A stretch of 64,000 nt of DNA, from the NCBI GenBank assembly GCA_043797975.1, contig JAZDPC010000073.1, forward strand, positions 6,001-70,000, written 5' to 3'. Within the stretch, counting starts at the first letter, position 1; each line of letters starts with the position of its first letter. The notes beneath the pieces are model-generated. The model was not told the DNA's origin. It did no database searches and saw nothing but the letters and a program-made list of their open reading frames with translations. Both the position numbers and the translations under genes were made by a program. Source of the stretch: Bacteroidota bacterium. Lineage in GTDB: Bacteria; Bacteroidota; Bacteroidia; Bacteroidales; UBA12481. Below are positions 38,827-48,450 of this stretch, in pieces.

Positions 38827-41478
38827 TTAAACCAACTGACTAAGGTTGAATTCCTCGGTTTCGATCACGTTATTGTTCATGGTCAGATCCATCTTGCGTG
38901 TAAAAATCCTTATCTCACCAGTAAGCGCATTCACCAGACAACAGATCTGGTAAGGTTCTCTGAAGAGTTGCTCATGGTACGAAATGGCAGACGGAAGATA
39001 GGTGAAGATTTCCGATTTTCCCTGTCCCCACCAACCGAGGAGTGTATAACCCGGGATGTCCCGGGGAGAAGATTCATTAGCGATTTCAACGAACCGTTCA
39101 ACGAAAATATCAAACTGGTTGAGCTTACGGTCGGGATCTTCGGAAGGTTGGTAAGCGCCATATAGATATCCGAGAAGTTGATAGGACTCATCAGGAACAG
39201 ATACAAAGGATGACGCCTGATGAATATCTGCTGTTACCTGTTTGTGAAAGCTGACCGACCGGAGAACGGAATCGGACCAGGTAAGGTTAAAACTAAGCTT
39301 TAAATAATCAGCCTCTTTGTGGTCAATTACAGGAGTCCCGTTTTTTGGAGGAACCGGCGGATTGATAGAATACTGGTAAAGCTCCTCCCATTTAACAAAT
39401 GAAGCCGGATCGGGATACGGTTCAATATATCCTGATTTTCTTCTCAGGAACACGGCACTTTGCAGCTCCTCCGAACCGTGATTGATTAATAATCCGAACT
39501 GCCATTTTTCCTTAAAAAAATTGCGGTGAATCTTCATCAGCCCTTCCTGAATCTCAAGGCTATTATCGGAGCTTGAAGTAAACCAGCCAATAAGAAGGTA
39601 CTTTTTGTTTTGTTTGACAATCTCATCCAGTTCATCCATCAAATCAGCCCTGACCTCCATATCATTCTGAATATCAGGCCGCAGGTGCTTTGATGCACAA
39701 GCTTTCTCAACGATCATTTCATAGTGGGCAGCACCATTTCCGGGCAGCTTGTATTGGTTCCCAAACAGATAACCCCCAAAATCACCGGCCCTTTTTTCCA
39801 TGAATGCACCATGAACCATCTGGTAAACGGCTTTGATGGAAGAAAAGCTGTAATGGATTTTCCCGATCACCGATTCAGGCAGGGTTTCCCTGAAATCTGA
39901 TGAATAATAAGCTTCAGGAACACCATCGGGAAAGATTCCGGAATTGGCAGATTTTCCTGTGTGTAAAGTATCAGGGCTGTTATCACTAATCCTGATCTCA
40001 CCGGATTGGAGTTTCTTTTCCCGGATTATATTGCGAATGGTCAGAAAGATCACAAGCACAAGGACTATAAGCAGCCCGCCGGAGATCGCCCAATTTGAAC
40101 GGAACCAGGGTATTGCCTCCCGTCTGTCTGTGATATCCTGAATAATGGGATCAATAAGACCATTTGTTTGATTTATCGATTGCTCAGCCCGTGTAGATTC
40201 AGAATGGAGGTTTTCCAGCTCAGGAATCAGGTTTAATGTGATAACATCATTTCGATAAGCAGACCAAATTGTGTTGTGAGCTCCGACCAATTCCTCAGCA
40301 TCTGATCTGAAAATTTCCTGTTCCGAAATCAAAGAATCTGTCTCAGAAGCATATGAACGTCTTAATTTTCTGTTTAGGGTAACTAATTTGAGTTTTTGCA
40401 GTACGTCCTTTAGTTTAATGTCAAGTTCACTGATCGAAGCTTTATGCAGTGTAAAATCAGGCTTGTATTTTTCCAGGATACCGTTCAGTAAGCTATCCCT
40501 CTGGGGGTCCGCCAGTGACACAGTTTCGACAGGCAAGAGGCTTGTCAGTTGAAGTCTGTACTGATTATAAATAGTTTGCAGGATAGTTAATCTGCCTAAA
40601 AGGTTTGTGACCTTGTCCTTATACCCGGAAGCTGTATCCCTGGAAATACCTGAATTGTCAAGATTTGACTCAAACTGCTTGACATCCGTCTTAAAATTAT
40701 CCAGATCTGTGTTAAACAAAGTTGCAATCCCTCTGAGTTCATTGATTTTGCTCAGTGATACTTCGGATGATGGCTGCCTGCGAATGTCGGCAATTTCTTT
40801 TTCAAGGTTTTCTGCAGACTTCCTGTTCATGAATTCCATCCAGCGGATTTGCAGCCTCTGGAACTGATAACCTTGTTCCGATCCTTCAATCCTATTATGA
40901 TCCGCAACCTGATTATCCCGATTATCGGCCACTATTTTATTTTCGTCTGTTTTAGTCCGATCCGGAATATTCAGCGTCACCCGGATTCTTTTTCCCGAAG
41001 GTGTCCCGATTCTTTCCAGCTCACCTTTAGCAATCTTTTCGCGAGACAATGCATATTGAAAGCCGAAAGTCACAATGCAATCTCCAACAAAGCCTTCCTG
41101 TGCGGAAAACATCAACCTTCCGGAAGAGGGAAATGTTAGCTCGAACTTGTGATTTTGCTCAAAGTTTGTGCATTTCAGACCTGCCGGATTTATTTCGATA
41201 TCATACCGTGACAGATATAGAAAGGGCATATGGCTTGCGTCAGTAATAACTGATCCGTTCGCATCCATCCAGGTTACCGAGAAATCCATCTGGTAAGTCA
41301 ACTTGTCAGATTGGGCAGTTGTTGTAACAACAAGTACTCCTGACATGGGAGTATCGTTCCCGCTTCTCCAGTCGAAATTATTCCGGGATTCCTGGGAATA
41401 AGCCAGATTTGAAACACCGAGAAATAAAGCGAGGAAAATCGGATATTTGAGAAATACCGGATGCATACACTTACACAT
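38827..41478 (-). CDS. Large single-pass membrane protein with two C-terminal degenerate JAB/MPN-like domains
   Basis: Signal peptide ending ..AYS-Q, beta-rich domain, long helical region, TM WAISGGLLIVLVLVIFLTI, then a duplicated domain (FGGYLFG/LLGYLYG, LIGWF/LLGWW, HRNFFKEKWQ/HEQLFREPYQ). Confidence 0.75.
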   Translation of the reverse strand: MCKCMHPVFLKYPIFLALFLGVSNLAYSQESRNNFDWRSGNDTPMSGVLVVTTTAQSDKLTYQMDFSVTWMDANGSVITDASHMPFLYLSRYDIEINPAGLKCTNFEQNHKFELTFPSSGRLMFSAQEGFVGDCIVTFGFQYALSREKIAKGELERIGTPSGKRIRVTLNIPDRTKTDENKIVADNRDNQVADHNRIEGSEQGYQFQRLQIRWMEFMNRKSAENLEKEIADIRRQPSSEVSLSKINELRGIATLFNTDLDNFKTDVKQFESNLDNSGISRDTASGYKDKVTNLLGRLTILQTIYNQYRLQLTSLLPVETVSLADPQRDSLLNGILEKYKPDFTLHKASISELDIKLKDVLQKLKLVTLNRKLRRSYASETDSLISEQEIFRSDAEELVGAHNTIWSAYRNDVITLNLIPELENLHSESTRAEQSINQTNGLIDPIIQDITDRREAIPWFRSNWAISGGLLIVLVLVIFLTIRNIIREKKLQSGEIRISDNSPDTLHTGKSANSGIFPDGVPEAYYSSDFRETLPESVIGKIHYSFSSIKAVYQMVHGAFMEKRAGDFGGYLFGNQYKLPGNGAAHYEMIVEKACASKHLRPDIQNDMEVRADLMDELDEIVKQNKKYLLIGWFTSSSDNSLEIQEGLMKIHRNFFKEKWQFGLLINHGSEELQSAVFLRRKSGYIEPYPDPASFVKWEELYQYSINPPVPPKNGTPVIDHKEADYLKLSFNLTWSDSVLRSVSFHKQVTADIHQASSFVSVPDESYQLLGYLYGAYQPSEDPDRKLNQFDIFVERFVEIANESSPRDIPGYTLLGWWGQGKSEIFTYLPSAISYHEQLFREPYQICCLVNALTGEIRIFTRKMDLTMNNNVIETEEFNLSQLV

Positions 41479-41481
41479 ACA

Positions 41482-41763
41482 TCAGCATCCTATACCTTTG
41501 AGCTTTTCGTATGCCTGGGTTATATTAACGATGAGGTCTTTCTTGAGATTATGAAAGTAAGGTCTTGATTTTCCGCATAGTTCAGGATCAAAATGGTTAA
41601 TCCTTTCAATAAGGTCATCTTTCAATATGATTGCTTCATTAATGACCTGCTCATATAGTGAGAAATCTTTCTCAGGATGCTCTTCCATGCAATCATAACA
41701 ATCAAGAATCAGATCGGTAATCAGATAATCAATGTCTTTCTTCAGGTCTTTCCTGCTAGCCAT
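41482..41763 (-). CDS. Small conserved Bacteroidales hypothetical protein
   Basis: MASRKDLKKDIDY...ERINH helical protein, recalled as a Bacteroidales-conserved family. Confidence 0.75.
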   Translation of the reverse strand: MASRKDLKKDIDYLITDLILDCYDCMEEHPEKDFSLYEQVINEAIILKDDLIERINHFDPELCGKSRPYFHNLKKDLIVNITQAYEKLKGIGC

Positions 41764-41839
41764 AGTTATTTAAAGGTTTTACTAATCTAATATAATAAAG
41801 ATTTGCAAATAACAAATAAAACAAAAAAAAAGATGGGAT

Positions 41840-42115
41840 CTACCGGATATTAAATTCCTTGTAGCCTACGGGTTCCTGAAAAGAATATTCAATGTCCGAT
41901 ACCGAACATCTTGGTGGTCCCTGGCGGCATTGTGCAATAAGAACATTCAGGGCTTCAGGATTTCCTTCTGCCACAATGCTAACCGATTGATCGGGGTTAT
42001 TCCTGACAAAACCTGTAAGATTCAGTTGTATGGCCTGATTCCTGATCCAAAAGCGATAACCTACTCCCTGTACCCGTCCTGTAACCAGGATTTCAACTTT
42101 CACCGATGAATTCAT
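41840..42115 (-). CDS. acyP: Acylphosphatase
   Basis: GRVQGVGYR, GFVRN, CRQGPP. Confidence 0.93.
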   Translation of the reverse strand: MNSSVKVEILVTGRVQGVGYRFWIRNQAIQLNLTGFVRNNPDQSVSIVAEGNPEALNVLIAQCRQGPPRCSVSDIEYSFQEPVGYKEFNIR

Positions 42116-42180
42116 GACCTGTACTATACTGCCAACCGGCTTATCGCTTCATGAGTCCTGTTTGACTATATCGATCAAGA

Positions 42181-43113
42181 TCAAGGATTTAATTCCTTGA
42201 GTGAATCCTGATAAGTGGGTGGAATGGTAACCATCTTCTCAGGCAAGGTTTTATCCTTGTCATCCATGATGACAATCCTGATCAGATAAACGCCATCCAG
42301 TGTTGCAGTGACCCGGCACCAAAGGGTTGATTGCTCGATCGGAAGGATGAAAAGCAGTTCCCTGGGACGGCTTTTCAGGATAGTTCCGCCGGCCTTCATA
42401 CAGGCCCTGTAATAGCTTTCGAGCACCTCGACTGTCGAAACCGACCGGTCCACTTCACCATCCTGATCCCTGACTTCCAGTTTGATATCCCAGTAAGGCC
42501 CCATGACTTTCTGACGGTAAAGGGTGTCTTTTACATTCCACGTTAACTCAAGGTGATTGAACTTACTGAACTGGATTCTTGCAATAACGGATGACCTGAG
42601 ATAGGCAATCCTCGGCGGAAGGTCAACGGAGTCAACAAACCGGTCGTATCGGACATCCGGTTTCACACCGAACTTCAGGGGGTTGTCGAATTTCGTCTCC
42701 TTGATCAGCCTCAGCCGGTAAACCTTGTCACTTGAAAGGACGAGCCTGCCCCACACATTGCCCTGTTCCTCCGGAACTACAAAGTGAATCTGCAGAGTAT
42801 CCTGGAAAAACAATTGTCCACCCTTTTCAAGAATCTGATTTACAACAAATTCCTTGAATTTCTTCTTTTGCCGGAAAACCGAATCGTACGCATAGGATAT
42901 CTCCCAGTAATGTCCAAGAACCTGATGAAGGTTTTCTCCGTTTTCCTTTCGGATATCCAGGTAATTGAAAACATTGTATTTAACGATCTTTCCGGGTTTA
43001 CCTTTATACCCATCAAACTGAGGAGGGGCCGGCCAGGAAGGATTTTGTGAAATCACCGAATTCACACCAAGTCCCAACAATACTGGGAGTATCACTAAAT
43101 ATTTCAACTTCAT
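42181..43113 (-). CDS. Secreted hypothetical protein with an internal two-domain duplication
   Basis: Signal peptide; GHYWEI..EKGGQL..VWGRL..YRLRLI repeated as GPYWDI..KAGGTI..LWCRV..YLIRIV. Confidence 0.7.
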   Translation of the reverse strand: MKLKYLVILPVLLGLGVNSVISQNPSWPAPPQFDGYKGKPGKIVKYNVFNYLDIRKENGENLHQVLGHYWEISYAYDSVFRQKKKFKEFVVNQILEKGGQLFFQDTLQIHFVVPEEQGNVWGRLVLSSDKVYRLRLIKETKFDNPLKFGVKPDVRYDRFVDSVDLPPRIAYLRSSVIARIQFSKFNHLELTWNVKDTLYRQKVMGPYWDIKLEVRDQDGEVDRSVSTVEVLESYYRACMKAGGTILKSRPRELLFILPIEQSTLWCRVTATLDGVYLIRIVIMDDKDKTLPEKMVTIPPTYQDSLKELNP

Positions 43114-43122
43114 ACTACTGAT

Positions 43123-44829
43123 TTATCCTTTTCTGAGCATTTTGGCCTGGTTTTCACCTCCGTTCAGCACATAAAGCAATGGCAGCGGCCGATCTGTTTT
43201 TTCACAGAAAGAGGGTCTTTCATGCCAGGGAGTCACCGATAGAACGTTGGTCAGGTCCATCCAATACTGCAACCTGGATACCGGCAGGTTCCAGGTCATG
43301 TGCAAGTGATTGGCCGGAGCATAATGTTTGTATTCCTGCATAGTTGCATACTTTGGAGTGAGTAAAGTATGAGGCCACGTAGGATCGGTTTTATGGCAAA
43401 CAGCGTAAGCCAGGTCAGCCGGCAGTTCCACTGTTTCAGCTTCATCCCAGACCATGGAGAACATGCCTGATAAAGCTGAATAGGCCAACCTTCCGGCGAT
43501 TCCTTTGATTCCTCCGGGGGACAGGAATGTCAGCGAGTTACCCATACCCGGGAAATAGTCCGGATCAGCAAGCGGGAATGAAATCCTGGGAGTAAGTTTT
43601 TCAGGCTTTTCACCTGGCATGCCCGCCCAGTTGAGAGAGGCGGAACCGCTGTTGTTTCCATCAACGAAACCACGCTCAGCCCAAAGTGAATTTGCAGGAA
43701 TCTTAATATTCAGTTCGTTGGCGAGGTTTTTAATTTCCCAGGGTTCCCAAACTTTCCTAAAGTCCATAAACAGCGGAGGATTACCGCCGGATAAGTATGT
43801 ATAGAACAACATCGTCAACAAGGCCTGCATGTCGGCTTCCGTAGCAAACGGCAGTACCGGTTTCGGCCCGTTATGGTCAAATGTTGAATTAAACAGCGAT
43901 TCCATCATGTCTGCTACAGGAAGCGGAATACCCCTTTTGTCGGACCCCCATTCAAGCTGTGACATAAAGCCGCCGCCCACTCCATCCAGATCCTTTATCA
44001 GGTCCCTGGTTATCAAATACATAGCAAGGCTCTGATTAAATCTCTTGTCATCCTCTTCATGCCGTATGTCCTTCTTGCCGAATCCTTTATCAACCCAATT
44101 TCTAAGCTCTTTCAATTCGTTCTGGTCATAAGCTTTTTTATTCAGCATATCGGCGAGGAGTTTCATATCCAGCCTGGTGACTTCAATTCCAAAAGTATTC
44201 CTCATGGGTATAATATGCGGTAAAGCAGTTTCCATTCCCATGGAATCATGTCCGAAAGCAACTACTCTTCTGCCCTTTAAGAATTGATAGGTGGCAGCTG
44301 CGTATAACCAGTCAAGGAGTGTCTCAAATGTACCTTCGGTCATTTCCGGTTCCAGTCCCTGATCCGGCCATGTACCGACATTAATATGCATCAGTCTTCC
44401 TGATTGGGCGACAGCACCCGATACAGCATGCGTAAAAACCACTCCAGGTTTTGGACCGCTGTTTCCGCAAGTGAAATTCAATGGGGTATCTTTGGGAAAA
44501 TGAGCCAGCAGTGAAAGAGTGGTCAGTTGGGGGAAAGCCCATGTATCGGGCAATCCGACCAGGATATTTACACCTTCAGCAAGAAAAGCCCTGGCAACCA
44601 AATCGGCTTCTTTTTCCGAATCAACCAGTAAATCAGAATAAACTACCGGCACGCTTTTACCATTTGGCAGTTTTATGGCTCCCGATAATTTTTTGGCGCC
44701 AAGCCTTACTATGTTCTGAGCCCGAAGCCTGGCTGACGGATCGATTCGCGGATCACCGGTTGCGAACACACCGATTACGGGCAAATTCCTTAATGTTTCT
44801 GATTTTGTTGATACGACTTTTGCTTCCAT
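43123..44829 (-). CDS. L-fucose/D-arabinose isomerase family protein
   Basis: Metal-ligand equivalents ATEAD, MDFRKVW and ANH; C-terminal TDPTWPHT; SMGM motif. Confidence 0.82.
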   Translation of the reverse strand: MEAKVVSTKSETLRNLPVIGVFATGDPRIDPSARLRAQNIVRLGAKKLSGAIKLPNGKSVPVVYSDLLVDSEKEADLVARAFLAEGVNILVGLPDTWAFPQLTTLSLLAHFPKDTPLNFTCGNSGPKPGVVFTHAVSGAVAQSGRLMHINVGTWPDQGLEPEMTEGTFETLLDWLYAAATYQFLKGRRVVAFGHDSMGMETALPHIIPMRNTFGIEVTRLDMKLLADMLNKKAYDQNELKELRNWVDKGFGKKDIRHEEDDKRFNQSLAMYLITRDLIKDLDGVGGGFMSQLEWGSDKRGIPLPVADMMESLFNSTFDHNGPKPVLPFATEADMQALLTMLFYTYLSGGNPPLFMDFRKVWEPWEIKNLANELNIKIPANSLWAERGFVDGNNSGSASLNWAGMPGEKPEKLTPRISFPLADPDYFPGMGNSLTFLSPGGIKGIAGRLAYSALSGMFSMVWDEAETVELPADLAYAVCHKTDPTWPHTLLTPKYATMQEYKHYAPANHLHMTWNLPVSRLQYWMDLTNVLSVTPWHERPSFCEKTDRPLPLLYVLNGGENQAKMLRKG

Positions 44830-44889
44830 TGTGTGAGTTTAATTTTCGTAATTTTACGCTAAAAATATACTTTTTCCCTATTAAACACA

Positions 44890-45561
44890 ATGGATCGGAA
44901 GATCATTATAACCGGAGATGGTTCTCATTCGATTTTTGTCCCCGGGCTTAACGAGCATTATCATTCGGTCTATGGAGCAGTGCAGGAAAGCCTTCATATT
45001 TTTATCAGGAACGGATTGGATCGCTGCCATGCCAATGCTCTGTCCATACTGGAGATCGGATACGGTACCGGATTAAACGCGCTGCTGACTTTCCATAAAA
45101 CAAGTGAGACGAAGCAATCACTTTATTATGAATCATGGGAGAAATATCCTTTGACCGCCGACGAGTACGAAAGACTTAATTATTCTGAAATGACCGGAAC
45201 CAATACATATTTATACAAAGCCATCATTGAAGCTCCCTGGAATGCCGTCCATGAAATAGCACCGGGAGCAGTTATTAAAAAAGTCACAGGGGACATCCGT
45301 GAGTTCCATTCCGATAAATATTTCGATCTCGTCTATTTTGATGCTTTTGGGCCGAATGTTCAGCCTGAACTATGGACAGCGGATGTTTTCAGGAGGATCT
45401 CATCCCGGCAGCAGCCCGGAGCTATACTGGTCACCTATTCAGTGAAAGGCAGTGTTACACGAAATCTCAAAGAAGCCGGATATCAGGTTGAAAAAGTCCC
45501 GGGCCCCCCGGGCAAAAGACAAATTACAGTAGCTTCAAAAAATACTGTTCCTAATGAATAA
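44890..45561 (+). CDS. mnmD: tRNA mnm5s2U34 methyltransferase (standalone MnmC methyltransferase domain)
   Basis: TGDGSHS, EHYHS..GAVQESLHIFI, LEIGYGTGLN, YFDAFGP..QPELW, PGPPGKR. Confidence 0.92.
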   Translation: MDRKIIITGDGSHSIFVPGLNEHYHSVYGAVQESLHIFIRNGLDRCHANALSILEIGYGTGLNALLTFHKTSETKQSLYYESWEKYPLTADEYERLNYSEMTGTNTYLYKAIIEAPWNAVHEIAPGAVIKKVTGDIREFHSDKYFDLVYFDAFGPNVQPELWTADVFRRISSRQQPGAILVTYSVKGSVTRNLKEAGYQVEKVPGPPGKRQITVASKNTVPNE

Positions 45562-46078
45562 AATATCTAAATGGATTAGCTATTTAATTGTTATTCTGCT
45601 ATTAACATTCAATTACAGCATTGCATCAGCTCAGACTCAGAACCATCTGATTCTGAAAAAGAATGGATATCATAACCGGCTTCAATACTTTACGGGCGAC
45701 GATATCTCATTCATAAGGAAAGGTAATTCTTATATTGAAAGTGGAGTTCTCCAGGGAATTGGAACCGACCGGATTATTATAGCCGGCGAAGAGATCCCGA
45801 TAAACAATATAGGTAGGCTGGTCTTCCACCGTACCTCATTCAATTTTAAAACAGGAGGGAGCATAATAATGCTGGCCTCTCCTCTTTATCTTATTTTGGG
45901 GGCCGTTAACGCGTTCATAGAGGATAGCCGGCCTGTATGGACGACAGGGAGCTTCATGGTCGCGGGCTCGATTGCCGCAACCGGCCTTCTGTTTGACAGC
46001 CTGCAGGTCCGGAGATTTCCTCTCGGAAAAAAATTTCAATTACGTATAGTTCAATCAGATCCTACGTTAAACCATTAA
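45554..46078 (+). CDS. Hypothetical exported/membrane protein
   Basis: Signal peptide and two C-terminal hydrophobic segments. Overlaps the mnmD stop. Confidence 0.7.
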   Translation: MNKISKWISYLIVILLLTFNYSIASAQTQNHLILKKNGYHNRLQYFTGDDISFIRKGNSYIESGVLQGIGTDRIIIAGEEIPINNIGRLVFHRTSFNFKTGGSIIMLASPLYLILGAVNAFIEDSRPVWTTGSFMVAGSIAATGLLFDSLQVRRFPLGKKFQLRIVQSDPTLNH

Positions 46079-46106
46079 TTTTATATCCAAAATTTTATTT
46101 TCAGAT

Positions 46107-46709
46107 ATGCGTTTGAATCGATTGGTACTGATCACCCTGGGTGGTTTGATGCTGTCAGGGCCACTGGATGCTCAGCAATATACCCGCGGTAACCTTACTA
46201 TGGGTTTCAGTGTTAGTGTGAACTCTACCAGGCTTGTCCGGGACTCTGTCAAATACTCTTCAGCCGTCCTGCCCGGTGTTGGGGCTGGATTCTATTCGAT
46301 GCTGGCCGGACCGTTATATATTCACTACGGAATCCAATTCTCGATGAAAGGAACCAACAACTATGATACGTTAGGGAATCTGAGAACTTTCAATTTTGAA
46401 CCCTTTGCATCCCTACAGTTCAGCCCCTTTGAAAATATATACATTGAAGGTGGCGCGCAATACTCCCGCCTGATGCTGGCCCAGACAGTCAAAATTTCAG
46501 GTTCCGCATCCACCGGTCAAAAACGCAGTGACATAGAAGGATTCAAATCTTCGATGGAGTATTTTGCAGGGGCCCAGATCAATCTGAACAAACAATCCAA
46601 ATTCGGATTCCGCTATTACATCCCTTATTCCGGCACTGAATTCAGGCGGCTGGAGTTTCGGCTGCTACTTATTATGGTAGAAGGATATACAAAAAGAAAA
46701 GCGTCCTGA
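46107..46709 (+). CDS. Small outer-membrane beta-barrel (porin/PorT-like) protein
   Basis: Signal peptide, FSMKG motif, alternating strands, FRYY near the C-terminus. Confidence 0.65.
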   Translation: MRLNRLVLITLGGLMLSGPLDAQQYTRGNLTMGFSVSVNSTRLVRDSVKYSSAVLPGVGAGFYSMLAGPLYIHYGIQFSMKGTNNYDTLGNLRTFNFEPFASLQFSPFENIYIEGGAQYSRLMLAQTVKISGSASTGQKRSDIEGFKSSMEYFAGAQINLNKQSKFGFRYYIPYSGTEFRRLEFRLLLIMVEGYTKRKAS

Positions 46710-46717
46710 AAAGGCCT

Positions 46718-48301
46718 TTACCGGTTCAGTTTACTGTGCTTCCTGCTGTAAAAGAAATAGATACAGAATCCCAAAGCCATCCAGATTATCAGCCGTAACC
46801 ATGTTGCAAGCGGCAGGGCAGCCATCTGAACGAAACAGATAAATGCTCCCAAAATCGGAATAACCGGTACCCATGGCGTCTTAAAAGGTCTGTGCAGATC
46901 CGGCCTTTTCTTCCTTAAAATAAGCACGCTCAGGCAAACAATGATAAAGGCAAGCAAAGTACCAATTGAAACCAGTTCACCAAGAATGCTTATCGGAAGG
47001 ATGCCCGCAATAACCATAGCGACGGATCCGGTAATCAAAGTGCTGATCCAGGGAGTTTTGAATTTCGGATGGACCTTCGAAAAAACGGGAGGCAATAAAC
47101 CGTCTTTTGACATAGAGTAGAAGATCCTGGGCTGACCGAGAAGCATCACCAGTATAACGGAACTCAAACCCGCAATGGCCGCAATTTTAACGATCGGCCT
47201 CAGCCAGAACATCCCTTCACCCATTGCGTTCACACCAACGGCAACCGGATCGGCAACATTCAGCGTGGTATAGCTGACAATACCGGTTAACACAATGGCG
47301 ACCAGGATATAGAGAACGGTTGAGATCCCCAGAGAACCAAGAATTCCGATTGGCATATCCCTCTGCGGATTCTTTGCTTCTTGTGCGGCCGTTGAAACAG
47401 CATCAAAGCCGATATAGGCAAAGAAAATCACTCCCGCTCCCCGCAGGATACCGCTGATTCCATATTTTCCGAACTCAGACCCATACGCCTTCAGCCATTG
47501 CCATAATCCTCCATATTCCGCTATGGGTGTAGCCTCAACTTTATTTTCAGGTATGAAAGGATGCCAGTTAATGGCCTTGACAAACATGAAACCGATCGCA
47601 ATAAAGAGGATGATAACCGACACTTTGGTGATTACCATGATATTATTGAAATTGGCCGATTCCCGTATGCCGATGACCAGCAATAAGGTCAGCATGGCCA
47701 CAATGAACATGGCCGGGAGGTTGATGATGCAGGTAACCTGAGAAAGAGCATCAACATTGATGCCTGATGCGACCAGCGTTTGTGAAAGATTGTCGGTAAG
47801 CGGTTTCCAACCCATGTCCGGCACATTCACCAGAACCGATCCCGATGCTGCGGTAAACTGGGCCGGTATATGGATATTCAGGTCATTCAGAAAGCTAACG
47901 ACATAGCCCGACCAACCGACAGACACCGTCGAAGCAGCGAAAAGGTACTCAAGGATCAGGTCCCAGCCGATAATCCACGCCAGGAATTCTCCGAGAGTGG
48001 CGTACGAATAAGTATAAGCGCTCCCTGCGATCGGAATCATGGAAGCAAATTCAGCATAGCATAATCCGGCAAAACCGCAAGCCAAACCCGAAATGATAAA
48101 TGAAATAACAATTGCCGGTCCCGCGTACTGTGCAGCTGCCTGACCGGTCAATACAAAAATTCCGGCACCGATGATCGCACCGATGCCCAAAGTTGTGAGA
48201 TTCAGCGGAGTCAAAGTCCGTTTCAAACCATCCCCTTTGGATTCATCCATCAGCTGTGCCATCGGCTTCAGCCTGAAAAGCTTGTTTGCCATCTGGGTCA
48301 A
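46718..48301 (-). CDS. APC family amino acid permease
   Basis: GIGAIIGAGIF, YAEFASMIP.AGSAY, FFAYIGFDAV, QPRIFY, SIGTLLAF. Confidence 0.95.
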   Translation of the reverse strand: MTQMANKLFRLKPMAQLMDESKGDGLKRTLTPLNLTTLGIGAIIGAGIFVLTGQAAAQYAGPAIVISFIISGLACGFAGLCYAEFASMIPIAGSAYTYSYATLGEFLAWIIGWDLILEYLFAASTVSVGWSGYVVSFLNDLNIHIPAQFTAASGSVLVNVPDMGWKPLTDNLSQTLVASGINVDALSQVTCIINLPAMFIVAMLTLLLVIGIRESANFNNIMVITKVSVIILFIAIGFMFVKAINWHPFIPENKVEATPIAEYGGLWQWLKAYGSEFGKYGISGILRGAGVIFFAYIGFDAVSTAAQEAKNPQRDMPIGILGSLGISTVLYILVAIVLTGIVSYTTLNVADPVAVGVNAMGEGMFWLRPIVKIAAIAGLSSVILVMLLGQPRIFYSMSKDGLLPPVFSKVHPKFKTPWISTLITGSVAMVIAGILPISILGELVSIGTLLAFIIVCLSVLILRKKRPDLHRPFKTPWVPVIPILGAFICFVQMAALPLATWLRLIIWMALGFCIYFFYSRKHSKLNR

Positions 48302-48450
48302 TTTTAGAATTTCCTAAAGTAGTTGATTTTATTCAAGTCAATGAATGATCTTGATCATGCGTTTAAAAATAAAATGCGCTTGATTAGTACGCTCAAAAAT
48401 GCAATATAAATAGACAAAGGACAAATTTTGTGAACTGTTCCGCAGCAGCA

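Noticed and set aside
48302-48450. Leader of the amino acid permease as a possible riboswitch or attenuator
   Set aside because: AT-rich, with no recognisable aptamer consensus or strong terminator/antiterminator by eye. An Rfam/Infernal scan would settle it.
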